From: Candidatus Dormiibacterota bacterium
Lineage (GTDB): Bacteria; Chloroflexota; Dormibacteria; Aeolococcales; Aeolococcaceae
Assembly: GCA_963709585.1 (NCBI GenBank)
Contig: CAVPXI010000015.1
Span: 32,001 to 96,000 of the forward strand
DNA: 64,000 nucleotides
Direction: 5' to 3'
Numbering within the stretch: the stretch's first letter is position 1; each line of letters begins with the position of its first letter. This document shows positions 30,227-41,168 of the stretch, in pieces. The translations under genes were made by a program, and so were the position numbers. The notes under the pieces are model-generated. The model saw only the letters and a list, made by a program, of their open reading frames with translations, searched no databases and had not been told where the DNA came from.

Positions 30227-31530
30227 GGGTCGGCCCGCCGGATGCGGCGCAGCACCAGCAGCGTCGTCGCGGTCAGTCCTGTGTAGACGATCACCAGCAC
30301 GACCAGACCCCAGTACAACCCCGGCGCGGGATTCACCGCGTCCGACGTGCGCATCACCTGGTACACGATCCAGGGCTGCCGCCCCACTTCTGTTGTGATC
30401 CAGCCGCACTCCATCGCAATCACGGCCCCTGGGCCGGCGACGAGAGCAGCACGAAGGAACCACCGGGAACCCGGCGGCCCCCGTCGCCGGATCCAGCGGA
30501 TCAACAGCCAGGCACCAAGCCCGAGAAGGAGAAAACCGATCCCCACCATGGTGTCGAAGGCGAGGTGGATGAGCGTGACCGACTGGGGCCGATCGTCGGC
30601 CGGGACGCTGTCGAGACCGACGACGGTCGCATTGACATCACCCTTCGCGAGGAACGCGAGCACATGAGGCAACACGATGGCGAAGCGCAGTTGCCCGTCG
30701 ATGAAGAGGCCGCCAATGTGCTCGCCGGCTCCAGCCTCGGTGTGTGCAAGCCCCTCCATGGCCGCGAGCTTGATGGGCTGGGTGTCGGCGACCTCGCGTG
30801 CGGCGATGTCACCCACGACGATCTGGGCCGGCGTGATCACGGTTGCGACGATCAGAGGAAGCAAGAGTCCGATCCGGTGGTAGCGGTCATTCCTGCCACG
30901 CAGCCGCGCCGCGGCGTACACGCTGGCGACCAGAAAGCCGGTCACCATGAACGCGGCGAGGATCATGTGCACCGTTTCCACGAAAGTCGCGGGATTGAAC
31001 ATCGCGACCAGTGGCTGAGGATTGGTGACCCGCCCAGCGACGAGTGTGAATCCCTGCGGGTCGTTCATCCACGCATTGGCGGTGACCACGAAGAAAGCGG
31101 ACGCGACGCCGGCCACCGCCACGGGAATGCCACTCGCGAGGTGGCGCATCGGGCTCAGCCGATCCCACGCGTGGAGATAGATCCCGAGAAAGATCGCCTC
31201 GATGAAAAACGCGAATCCTTCGAGCGCGAACGGGAGGCCGAAAACCGCGCCGAACTCGCCCATCAGGCGGGGCCACAGCAGGCCCATCTCGAAGGAAAGA
31301 ATGGTTCCGGAGACGGCACCGACCGCGAAGAGCACACCGGCAACCTTCGCCCAGGTGCGGGCGAGCCGAGCGGCGTCGGCATCCCCGTGGATTCCGCGCC
31401 ACTCAGCGATCAGGATCAGTGCTGGAAATCCGACGCCAAGGCAGGCGAAGATGATGTGCCAGCCGAGCGACAAGCCCATCTGGGCGCGCGCCGCTCCGAG
31501 GTTGGAGGCGGCGTCTCCAAGCAGGCTCAC
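30223..31530 (-). CDS. cydA: Cytochrome bd ubiquinol oxidase subunit I
   Basis: HIIF, EGFAFFIEAIF, QPIKLAAMEG, GWITTEVGRQPW. Confidence 0.95.
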   Translation of the reverse strand: MSLLGDAASNLGAARAQMGLSLGWHIIFACLGVGFPALILIAEWRGIHGDADAARLARTWAKVAGVLFAVGAVSGTILSFEMGLLWPRLMGEFGAVFGLPFALEGFAFFIEAIFLGIYLHAWDRLSPMRHLASGIPVAVAGVASAFFVVTANAWMNDPQGFTLVAGRVTNPQPLVAMFNPATFVETVHMILAAFMVTGFLVASVYAAARLRGRNDRYHRIGLLLPLIVATVITPAQIVVGDIAAREVADTQPIKLAAMEGLAHTEAGAGEHIGGLFIDGQLRFAIVLPHVLAFLAKGDVNATVVGLDSVPADDRPQSVTLIHLAFDTMVGIGFLLLGLGAWLLIRWIRRRGPPGSRWFLRAALVAGPGAVIAMECGWITTEVGRQPWIVYQVMRTSDAVNPAPGLYWGLVVLVIVYTGLTATTLLVLRRIRRADP

Positions 31531-31829
31531 GACTGACCGGGGCGCGCAAGCACGCGCGGTAGCTTACGCTCGCCCGCGCGCCGGGACCCCACCCGTCGTC
31601 ACCCTTGCGCCTGCGGTAGAGAATGCAGGCTACAGGAAACGGCGACCCGCGTTGATGGTGGAACATCCTTCGCGGGTCGCCTCCTCGAATCATCCAGGGT
31701 GCGGCGCTTCAGGATCAGTACGGAAGCGAACCGTGGTCGCCGAATGCCGTCCCTTTCGTGTTGATGAGGGTCGCACCCGTACCTCCGTTCCACTAGCACA
31801 GTGGGCGGGACGCTACTTACCGAGACTGC

Positions 31830-34800
31830 TCATCGCACACCGGTCATGCTCTCGCCCCGTGCGGCAAGCGATTTCGATGACGCACTTGCGAGCAGCCGAT
31901 CAACCCGATCGAGCCATGGGCGTGCCCCGAGCGGCTCGAACAGCGCACGCGACTCCAGGGCGAACGTTGCCGCGTCTTCGTGGCGGCCCAGGCGGTCGAG
32001 CCATTCGGCGAGCTCCACCAGCGTCACACCCAGATCGAATGGCATCCGGAGATCGCGAAACTCCGCGATGGCCGCCGTGAAGCCCGCCTCGACCGAATCG
32101 AGGTCACCACGGCGTGCACGGACGCGTGCCCCAAGGCGTGCGACCTGACCGCGAAGCGAGGGCGTGACCAGCCCGGGACTGGCCCGGTGCACCACTCCCA
32201 GCATCGCTTCAGCGGCTTCGAGGTCACCGACTTCGAGCGCCGCGTCGACACCCTGCACGATGGCCCGCTTGATACCGATGTCCGTCAACCCAAGGACGGG
32301 AAGATGGTCGAGGACCTGCTGGGCCACGGAGAGCGCTTCGCCGCGCTCGCCTTCGGCGTTGAGCAACTCGGCTTCCACACAACCCACCCGGGCCCGGATC
32401 TCATCGTTGTGCTCATCGGTGCGCGCCTTCGCCACGTCTAATACCTGGTGGGCAGTCTCGAGGTCGCCTCGGCGGACGTGGATGGGCACCAACTCGCCAA
32501 CCCGAACAGACGCCCACTGCATCGCCTCCAGCTCTTCGGCAGCCACAGCCTCATCCGCGAATGCGAGTGCCTCCTCCCAACGGCCCAGCGCGACGAGCGG
32601 GGTGACGTTCCCAAGGAGTGCCGTGAGTTCGCTGGCGCGGTCGCCCTTTCGGCGAGCCAGTTCGAGCATCGTCCCGGTCAGCTCGACCACCTCGCGGTAG
32701 CGGTCTGAAGCTTCGAGCGACACAGCCAGGTTGTTCCAGGCGCGAAATGCAGCAGTCGTGAAGTCGCCCTCGATCGCCACCGCGAGGGCACGGCGAAGCA
32801 AGGTCACCGCCTCATCGGTCCTTCCCTCTCGCGAGATCCAGACTGCCCGGCTGCTCAAGGCCTGGGAGTACACCTCGTGGAGCTCCAGCTGCTCGGCGAG
32901 GCGCAGCGCCTCTTCGAGCACCGGGACCGCCTCCTGATTGCCGGCAAGCGCCAGGAACCGCCCGAACTGACCGGCGACCAGAGCATAGGCAGCGTCCGGT
33001 TCGTCGCCGGCGAGCACATGGTGGGCATGTCGCGCACTCTCGATGGCCTGATCGAGGTGGCCCTGTTCGAAGGCGATCGCAGCTATACCCGCCTCCGCGC
33101 GCGCAGCCGGATGGGACTGACCGGCCTCTTCAAAGAGTCGCTTCGCCTCCGTGACGAGCGCCGTCGCCCGTTCCAGGTGCCCCAGCTGGAGTGCCATGCT
33201 GCCGGCGCGTTCCAGCAGCGCAGCGCGTTCTGTCGACGCGACGCTGAGTTCGGCGGCGCGCTCGAAGTACGCGCCGGCCTCGCCGGCGCCGCGAGCGAGG
33301 CGGCTCGCTCACCGGCGCGAACGAGCATTCCGTGGGCAAGGTCGCGGATCTGGGGCGCGTCCTCCGCATCGGGCGCAAGGCGGTGAGCCTCGAGATAATG
33401 CGACGCCACCACCTCGACCACCTCGTCCCCGTCCTCCGATCCCCATGCCACCTGCAGGAACGAGGCAACCCTGAGGTGCATCGCTTTGCGGTCCTTCTTC
33501 GGCAGCGTCTCGTAGGCGACGGTTCGCACCAGGTCCTGCAGGAACCCGTACTGGCCCCGCTCCGGCGAACGGGGGTCCGCCTGGACCGTGAGGACCTCCT
33601 TGGCCACGAGCGCAGCCAGTACGGGCTCGATCTCGCGCTCTGAAAGCCCGGACACCGCAGCGAGCGCCGCCGGCGTGCAGGTCTTGCCGAGCACGGATGC
33701 CTCCTGGGTCAGACGCCGCTCGGTTGCGGTCAGGCCGTCGAGCCGCGCCGCGATCAGGGCGTGGAGCGTCTCCGGGACCTCGAGATCGTCGACCGGACCG
33801 GTGGGGCGATACACCGTGCCCTCCTGGACGAGCAGGTTGCGGTCGATGAGCATGCGAACGGTCTCGACGGCATAGAGCGGCACACCCTCAGCTCGGTCGA
33901 GGATCTTCGCGGTGAGTTCCGCGGGCAATCCGGGCACGAGTCCGGTCAACAGCAGTTGCATGGCGCGTGCGGGCAGCGGTTCCAGTGAGATTGAGGTTGT
34001 GTTGCGCTTTGAGCCCGCTCCCTTCTCGTGGCCGGGGCGCGCCAGCGTCATCACGAAGATCGGAAAGGCGCGCGACCAATTCAGCAGATATTCGATGAAT
34101 TCCAGCAACGACGGGTCCGCCCACTGCAGGTCTTCGAACACCATGACCACAGGGTCGCTGGCGGCCAGGCGCTCGAAGAAGAGACGCCACCCGGCGAATA
34201 GGTCCGACTTGTCGGACGCGGTGCGCTCCTCGAGGCCGAGCAGGTGCGCGAGCCGGGGCTCGACGAATCTCCGGTCGGTCGCGTCCGCCACCGCGTGCTC
34301 CACGGCCTCGCGAAGCTTGATCATGGCCGAGCTCCGGTCCTCACCCTCGGTGATACCCGCACGTCCACGCACCATTTCGGCGAGTGCCCAGTAGGTGACG
34401 CCCTCCCCGTATGCGAGGCAGCGACCGCGATGCCAGCGGAACAGGCGCTGGAGTCCGTCCATGTACTTGAAGAACTCCCAGCTCAACCTGGACTTGCCGA
34501 TGCCGGCGATCCCCGTCACTTGAACGAGATGCGCCCGGCCATCGTCAGCGCTCGCGTGGAAGAGGTCCTTGACCAGCTTGAGCTCCCGCTCGCGCCCGAC
34601 GAAGGGCGGCTCAAGCCCCTCCGATTTCATGAGGCCGCCCACGCCGGCCACGACGCGGTTGGCCTGCCACAGATGCACGGGTTCGGCTTTTCCCTTCAGT
34701 GGATGGACGCCGGCGTCGCGGTACGCGATCGCGGCATCGGTCGCGCGCTTCGTGGACTCGCCGACGAACACGCTGCCCGGCTCTGCCGCGGACTGGATGC

Positions 34801-35425
34801 GGGAGGCTGTGTTGACGAGGTCCCCGGCCACCATCCCCTGTCCGATTGCGCCCACGTTGACCGTGGCTTCCCCGGTGAGGACGCCGGCCCTCGCGCGGAG
34901 TTCCGGTGCGCCCGTTTCACGTCCGAGCTGGGTCACCGCATCAACGACCTCGAGCGCGGCGCGGACCGCGCGCTCCGGATCGTCCTCCCGTGCCACCGGG
35001 GTTCCCCATACCGCCATCACCGCGTCGCCGATGAATTTCTCAACAACGCCGCCGTAACGACCCACGACCGTCTGGCAGGCCTCGAAATACCTGGTGAGAA
35101 GTTCGCGCACCTCCTCGGAATCGCGCGTCTCCGATAGCGTCGTGAAGCCGACGAGGTCGGCAAAGAGCACGGACACATGGCGGCGCTCCGTGCGCGAAGG
35201 GATGGCCGTGGCTGCAGGGCTTGCGGCGGACGTGGCATGCGGTTGCAGACCCACGATTGCGGGAGGCGCCATCGCCGCAAGTGGACCTCCGCAATCGCCA
35301 CAGAACCGCGCCCGAGGTGAGTTGGCAGCCGCGCATGCAGGACACGTCACAGCAAGCGGCGCTCCGCAGTCGCCGCAGAACCGCCGCCCAGTCTCGTTTT
35401 CACCGCCACAGTTGGCGCAGATCAC
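31830..35425 (-). CDS. Double zinc ribbon-adenylate/guanylate cyclase-AAA ATPase-TPR protein (apparent frameshift near 33285)
   Basis: Four CxxC motifs, VLFADLVGFT, KFIGDAVM, GDLVNTASRIQ, GIAGIGKSRL, FEDLQWAD. TPR-like tail in ORF 31830-33197. Confidence 0.9.
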
Positions 35426-35595
35426 CGGCGGCTCCTCTCAATTGACTAGCTGGGTCGAAGCCTACGACTTCGCGTCTTGTCGCGCCATTGTCGCCTGTCG
35501 TGGGTCTCTTTCCCGACAGGCCGCGGATACCGCCGCCCCGGAATACGGCAGAATTCGGTGACCCCCAACTTGCGCGACGAAGACTGGGAAACCAC

Positions 35596-36126
35596 ATGAA
35601 CCTTCGGGAAGTCCAGAAACCCCTCAAGGATCACTATCGGGAGGATCCGGCTTCGTCGCGGATCACGCTCGTCGCGCGGGGCGGTCAGGGCGATGCGCCG
35701 ATTGCCTGCTCAGTCGACCTCGGCCGGACGATTTATGAAGCACAGGCGCACGCTGGGGTGGGTGGCGCCGGGACGGCCGCCTGTTCCGGCGACCTGCTCC
35801 TCGGCGCACTGGCCGCGTGTGCCCAGATCACGTGTCAGATGGTTGCGGCGTCGATGGAGCTGCCGGTCGAGCAGGTCCTCGTCACCGTTGAAGGCGATCT
35901 CGACCTCAGGGGGACGCTCGGTCTGGTGCGCGATGTCCCTGTCGGATTCGAAGCGATCCGGGTTCGCTTCGATATCACCGCGCCGGCTGCGAGCCAGTCG
36001 CAGGTGGACGCGCTGATTGAAAAGACGGAGCGCTACTGCGTCGTACTGCAGACACTCACGACTCCCCCCTCGATCGAGGCAAGCGTCGTGACTAGCGTTG
36101 CCGGAGCGAGTACTGTCGGTGCGTGA
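35596..36126 (+). CDS. OsmC-like family protein
   Basis: CSGDLLLGALAAC, EGDLDLRG, TERYCVVLQTL. Confidence 0.88.
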   Translation: MNLREVQKPLKDHYREDPASSRITLVARGGQGDAPIACSVDLGRTIYEAQAHAGVGGAGTAACSGDLLLGALAACAQITCQMVAASMELPVEQVLVTVEGDLDLRGTLGLVRDVPVGFEAIRVRFDITAPAASQSQVDALIEKTERYCVVLQTLTTPPSIEASVVTSVAGASTVGA

Positions 36127-36238
36127 TTCGGGGGCGATATCGGAGGAGCACTCATGCCGGGCGCGTCCTCCCGGAGGAGCTATTGGCCCAGTACTGGCCC
36201 AGCGAAATCGAAATTGACGCCACAGCAACGAAGTCGAG

Positions 36239-36322
36239 TGCCGAGGAAGGGAATCGAACCCTTACGCCCTTACGAGCACAGCGCCCTGAACGCTGCGTGT
36301 CTACCAGTTCCACCACCTCGGC
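36239..36322 (-). tRNA. tRNA-Leu(CAG)
   Basis: GCCGAGG acceptor stem, CAGCG-TTCAGGG-CGCTG anticodon arm, long variable arm, TTCGATT T-loop. CCA is not encoded. Confidence 0.96.
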
Positions 36323-36368
36323 AAGGTGCTCGGAGATGGTATCAGCGGCTGCAGCCAGTGCCCACCGG

Positions 36369-37976
36369 CTACGGCAGTTGCCAAGAGGCGATGTCGTCAT
36401 ATCGCGCGGCCTCAGGTCCGATCGAGGGCAGCGGGGCGGTCGGAGCGGGTGATCTGAAGACGACCGAGACCCTGGGCGTGTACAGGAAGACAGCCGGGGC
36501 ATCGTCGGCAATGAGCGCCGCGACCTGTGCAGCAGCGGCGATCCGAACGGCTCGATCCGGAGACTCGGCGAGCATATCCAGTGCCGCATCAAGGAACGGG
36601 TCGGCGGTGCCGCCTGATACGTAGTAGCCGTGCGGCGGCGCGGCGTTGGATCGCCAGAAGGCGCTGATATCGGGATCCGGCACCGGGTTCCACTCATCGA
36701 TCGCCAGCTGGAACTGGCCGCTGTACAAGGTGCCGCTCAGAAAGCTCTGCGGTGGCGCGGTGGTCACGGTGACCGCGACGCCGACTGCTGCCAGCTGCGA
36801 TGCGACCTCGCGCGCGACCAGGGGCAGAGGGTTGATGTCCGGCACGGTCAGCGTGAACGCGAGTTGGGTCGGCCCGCGGTGGCGGACGCCACCCGGACCG
36901 GCAACCCATCCGTTGGCCTGCAGCACCGACGCCGCCACAGTCGGCGAGCTCACGTCGACGGTCGGGGAGGCCACCCACGGGATACCCGCCGAGAACGGAC
37001 CGGTCTGGATCGTGCCGTCCCGGCCGTCGAGCGCGCCGGCAACGACCGCGGAGCGATTGACGGCGACGTCGATGGCGTGACGCACGACCGAGTTGGCCAG
37101 GGCCGGGTCGCGCTCGTTGAACATCAGGTCGACGAACTCGGGGGTGGTCATGCTCTCCGCTTGCGCGCCCTTGACGGTCAGGAGAGTCGACAGCTCGGCG
37201 GGCGTCGTGGCGAGGAGCGCGTCGATGCTCCCGTGCGAAAACGCATAGGCTGCATCGGCAAACGTGACGAAGAGACGCAACTCGTAGCTCTTGATGCTCG
37301 GCCTGGCGGGCGCGTGAGCGTTGGGCTGCAGCACGATCGCCAGGGCCGCGGTCGACTCCACGTCGTACGGACCCGAGGTCGGCAGCGGCACAGTGGGATG
37401 CGTCGCCGCTGCGAGCAGTGCCGGTCCGCTCATCGCACCCAACGGAAGAATCGGCATCTGGGTCAGCGTCGCCGCAAATGACGCCCGGGGTGCCGGCAAC
37501 GTGAACGCGATCGTGGATTGCCCGGCGGCGATCTTGACGCCGCGGAGCGCTGCCGCCAGGGTTGTGTCGCTCGCCTCGGTCGAGAGCGCGAAATGTTCCG
37601 TGGCCGCGACGTCGGCGACCGTGATCGGTGCGCCGTTGGACCACTCGAGGTTCGCGGGGAGGACCACCGTATACACGAGTCCGCTCGGACTCACCGTGTA
37701 CGAACTCGGCGAGATCGGCCGTCGGGTACCCGGTGCGGTCGAGTTTGAGCAGTGAGCGGTACAGCAGGTGGCCGACATCGACGACCGCCGGATCGGATGC
37801 GCCGATGAGTGGGTTCAGCGACATCGGGCGCTCGCTCACCACCAGGCCCTCGGTGAACTGCGGGCCGCCGATCAGCCCGAAATGCAGCGAGAGCGCAAAC
37901 CCAAGTGCGCCAACCCCGAGCAGCCCGAGCGTCGTCCCGGCGACAACCTCAATCGGCCGGTGCCGACGGAGCCACC
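36369..37976 (-). CDS. Peptide ABC transporter substrate-binding protein, family 5 (apparent +1 frameshift near 37704; start uncertain)
   Basis: SLNPL...LLYRSLLKLD in one frame. WSNGAPITVADV, TSGPY, VRHAIDVAVNR, DAPAVFLY in the next. Confidence 0.85.
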
Positions 37977-38210
37977 TTACTTGGTGACGTAAGTGGCGAG
38001 AACCGAGACGACGACGAACAGCGCGATCATCGCTGCCGAGAACCGCAGCAGGCTGGCTTCCAACCCGCGCCGGCGCCGGTACCCGCCGCCCGAGTCTCCT
38101 CCACCACCGATCGTTCCGCCGAGACCGGTCGACTTCGGGGTCTGGAGAAGGATGCCAAGGATCGCGAGGACCCCGATCACCACCTGGACCACGGCGAGAA
38201 CCGTCTTCAC
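37977..38210 (-). CDS. secG: Preprotein translocase subunit SecG
   Basis: ILLQTPKSTGLGGTIGG...RRGLE, two TM helices, AAGGAGG RBS. Confidence 0.9.
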   Translation of the reverse strand: MKTVLAVVQVVIGVLAILGILLQTPKSTGLGGTIGGGGDSGGGYRRRRGLEASLLRFSAAMIALFVVVSVLATYVTK

Positions 38211-38348
38211 GCAACAACGCCTCCTTGCCAATGCATCGGGCCGAGTATAGGTGGATCGGCGCGATCGGTTCCCCGGTGGCACTCCGCGACGCCCACTCCT
38301 ATCTACGCTGTCGTGTGGTACTGTGTCCACGAAATGTACGGATTGCGT

Positions 38349-39398
38349 ATGTCATCGGGGTCGCTCTGGCGCTGCGCGCTCGCTGCGCTGGCGGCCGCCG
38401 TGGTGGTGGTCGGATGTGCGCAGATCCAGGCATCGGCCGTGCCGCCGCCGACCCCGGCACCCCTTCTCGGACCCGCACCCCCGGTCCTGGTCGGAGCCGA
38501 TGAGGTGGTCTTGCTCCGCAGCGGGCCGGCGACGTTTGCCCGCCTCGAGTTGCTGATCAATGCAGCCCGCGTGAGCGTCCACGTCGAGATCTACGAGTTC
38601 GGCCGGCGAGGGCTCGCGGATGCACTCATCGCAGCGAAATCGAGGGGTGTTTCGGTGACCGTCATCGACGATCCTTCCGAGTTGAGCAGCGTCGCGACTG
38701 CCGCCCTGCTGCGCGCCGCCGGCATCGACGTCGTCGACTACCCGGTCCGCAAGATGATGATCGACCACGTCAAGCTCCTCGTCGTCGACGCGGCTGTTGC
38801 GGTCGTCGGTGGCATCAACTGGGGGGTGAGCTCGCCGGCCAATCACGACTACGACGCAGAGGTGCGCGGTCCGGTGGTGCACAACCTGGATCGTGTCTTC
38901 GCTCGCGACCTGGTCACCTGCGGACGCACCGTGCGAGTGCCGGATCGGGTCGCCGATGCATCGATCGATGTGGCGGCGACCCTGCCGGGCGCCGAAATTC
39001 GCCCGCTCGCCATGGGGCTCATCGATGCCGCCCAGCACACCCTCGACCTCGAGCTGTTCGTCCTCACCGACACCGGGGTCGTTCACGCACTCGAGGCGGC
39101 CGCGCTCCGTGGTGTCGCGGTCCGGGTGCTGCTCGACCCGTCGCAGCCCTCGAGCGACCCCTCCTACGCCGCGCTGCGCAGCGACGGGATCCAGATCCGG
39201 TGGTATCGGAGTCGCGGCGAGCTGCTCCACGCCAAGGCGATCGTCGCCGACGCGACCTCGATCCTCTTCGGGAGCGCCAACTGGTCCGGGGGCGGCTTCG
39301 CGCGCAACCACGAACTCGATATCGACCTGATCTCGGCGCCGGTCGTCGCCGGCGAGATGCTCGCCCAGATGAACCTTGATTGGGCTGCAAGCGCCTGA
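38349..39398 (+). CDS. Phospholipase D-family lipoprotein
   Basis: Two HKD motifs: HVKLLVVD...GGIN and HAKAIVAD...GSAN. Confidence 0.9.
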   Translation: MSSGSLWRCALAALAAAVVVVGCAQIQASAVPPPTPAPLLGPAPPVLVGADEVVLLRSGPATFARLELLINAARVSVHVEIYEFGRRGLADALIAAKSRGVSVTVIDDPSELSSVATAALLRAAGIDVVDYPVRKMMIDHVKLLVVDAAVAVVGGINWGVSSPANHDYDAEVRGPVVHNLDRVFARDLVTCGRTVRVPDRVADASIDVAATLPGAEIRPLAMGLIDAAQHTLDLELFVLTDTGVVHALEAAALRGVAVRVLLDPSQPSSDPSYAALRSDGIQIRWYRSRGELLHAKAIVADATSILFGSANWSGGGFARNHELDIDLISAPVVAGEMLAQMNLDWAASA

Positions 39399-39406
39399 AG
39401 CCCCAT

Positions 39407-39435
39407 TTGACAAGCGACCGGTCTCGATATATCGT
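39407..39435 (+). promoter_or_regulatory. Sigma-70 promoter of padR with overlapping palindrome
   Basis: TTGACA (39407-39412), 17-bp spacer, TATCGT (39430-39435). Palindrome CGATATATCG at 39425-39434. Confidence 0.75.
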
Positions 39436-39456
39436 TGGTGCATCGAATCAGCCGCA

Positions 39457-40155
39457 ATGGAGCGAACCGACATGACCCGAGAACGATCCCGTCCAATCCC
39501 CCACGACGAGTGGGCGCACACCGGCCATGATGCCGCCGCGCGCTTCCACCACCACGTCCGCGAGCACCTCGAGCAGGGCGGTCGGAACCGTCACCGCCGG
39601 GGATGGCCGCCATTCGACGCCCCTGACTTCGCGGCCGGCTTCGGGGGTCCCGGAGGCTTCGGTCAGCCGTTCGGACCCGGCAGGCGCGCCGCACGTGGTG
39701 ACGTGCGAGCTGCGATCCTCGTCCTCCTGGCGGAGAAGCCATCGCACGGCTACCAGATCATCCAGGAGCTCGAGCGTCGCAGCGACGGCGCCTGGCGAGC
39801 GAGTCCCGGCTCCGTGTACCCAACCCTCCAGCAGCTCGAGGACGAAGGCCTCGTCCGTGCCGTCGAGGCTGATGGCGGTCGCCGCGTCTTCGAGCTCACC
39901 GACACCGGCCGCGAGGAGTTGGCCAAGCTCGCCGCCGGCCCCGCACCCTGGGCGGAGGCAGCGGGTTCGATGGGCGGCGGTCATCGGGATCTCCGTGATC
40001 AGGCCTTCCAATTGCTCGCGGCCACCTGGCAGGTCAGCCGCACCGGAGATGCAGCCCACATCGCCCAGGCGCACACCATCCTTCGCGACGCCCGCCGCAA
40101 GCTCTATCTGCTCCTGGCGGGGAGCGAATCGCCGTCCGAAAAGACCGAGGACTGA
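39457..40155 (+). CDS. PadR-family transcriptional regulator
   Basis: RGDVRAAIL, HGYQIIQEL, SPGSVYPTLQQLEDEG. Confidence 0.93.
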   Translation: MERTDMTRERSRPIPHDEWAHTGHDAAARFHHHVREHLEQGGRNRHRRGWPPFDAPDFAAGFGGPGGFGQPFGPGRRAARGDVRAAILVLLAEKPSHGYQIIQELERRSDGAWRASPGSVYPTLQQLEDEGLVRAVEADGGRRVFELTDTGREELAKLAAGPAPWAEAAGSMGGGHRDLRDQAFQLLAATWQVSRTGDAAHIAQAHTILRDARRKLYLLLAGSESPSEKTED

Positions 40156-40194
40156 CGACAGGCACCTGTCGCCGCGGTCATCGACGATGGGCAC

Positions 40195-40400
40195 ATGCCA
40201 CAGCAGGCGATCATCGACGCCGCGACACGCTTCCTCCGGAGCAACCCCGAGCTGCTCGAGGTTGCTCGTCGCGGTGCCGGTGAGACGGGGCGCGGAGTTC
40301 GAGGAGCTCCTGACCGACGCGGTCCGCCGGATCCGGAGGTCAGGTTTCGAAGCGGTAACGAAGGAACAGGTGATCGTCGGACCGCCGCACCGACTCGACC
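40195..40400 (+). CDS. Small hypothetical protein (apparent frameshift near 40294; end uncertain)
   Basis: MPQQAIIDAATRFLRSNPELLEVARR continues plausibly as EFEELLTDAVRRIRR in the neighbouring frame. Confidence 0.35.
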
Positions 40401-41050
40401 GCCGCCCTGCGCAGTTCGGCGGGAGCCGCCGCCCACCCGTCGACGACGCCAGGCCGCGGCTGGTCGTGGTCTCGCCCGGCCACCCGAGGGGAGACGGTCA
40501 GGAACAGCTCCTGCACCGCTCGATCCGCGAGCAGGCGGCCGAACAGTGACGGCCCGCCCTCGCAGAGGAGCAGCCCCGGGCCGAGCGCGGAGCTCACTGC
40601 CGCCACGATGCCGGCCCCGCTGATCCCGCCCGCTTCGCCGGCCTCGATCACGGTCACTCGCGGATGCTCGGCGCGAACCTTGACCGCTCCCTGAGCCGAG
40701 GTGACCACCGCGACACTGGTCGCCGGGCGGTCGAGGGCGACGTGCGCGGGGAGATCTCCACCCGCCGACACCACAACCAACGGCGCCGGCTCGGTGGCAC
40801 CGCTTCGTTGAAAGCGAAATGCTTCGATCGCCGGAGCATCGTCACCGGCCACCGCGGCGGGCGTCCACTGGTGACCTGGGGTGGCTCGCAGATTGCCGGC
40901 GCCAATGACCACGGCGTCGGCGCTGGCGCGGAGCAAAGCCATGAGGTATCGATCGGCCCGCGACCTCCCGCTCAGAGTCGTCGAATCGGTCCCGTCGGTC
41001 AGCCCCAGCGAGGTGACGCCGTCGATGGAGGCGACGAAGTTCGCGACCAC
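40340..41050 (-). CDS. RibD C-terminal/pyrimidine reductase family protein (may start ~100 bp upstream)
   Basis: VANFVASIDG, LRASADAVVIGAG, LCEGGPSL, ELFLTVSP. Confidence 0.88.
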   Translation of the reverse strand: MVANFVASIDGVTSLGLTDGTDSTTLSGRSRADRYLMALLRASADAVVIGAGNLRATPGHQWTPAAVAGDDAPAIEAFRFQRSGATEPAPLVVVSAGGDLPAHVALDRPATSVAVVTSAQGAVKVRAEHPRVTVIEAGEAGGISGAGIVAAVSSALGPGLLLCEGGPSLFGRLLADRAVQELFLTVSPRVAGRDHDQPRPGVVDGWAAAPAELRRAAVESVRRSDDHLFLRYRFET

Positions 41051-41168
41051 GTACGGCCGCGGCGACGCCGGGAATCGCAGCGCTCCGCCGTAGGCTATTT
41101 CGGCGTCCAGCGGTGCACCGGCACGCGCGTCGCTCAGGACCTCGAAGACAGGCGACAGGGTCAGCTCC

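Noticed and set aside
31830-35425. Cyclase-AAA-TPR protein as an Avs/NLR-like antiphage system
   Set aside because: A common signalling architecture in soil Terrabacteria, with no effector nuclease or defence context here.
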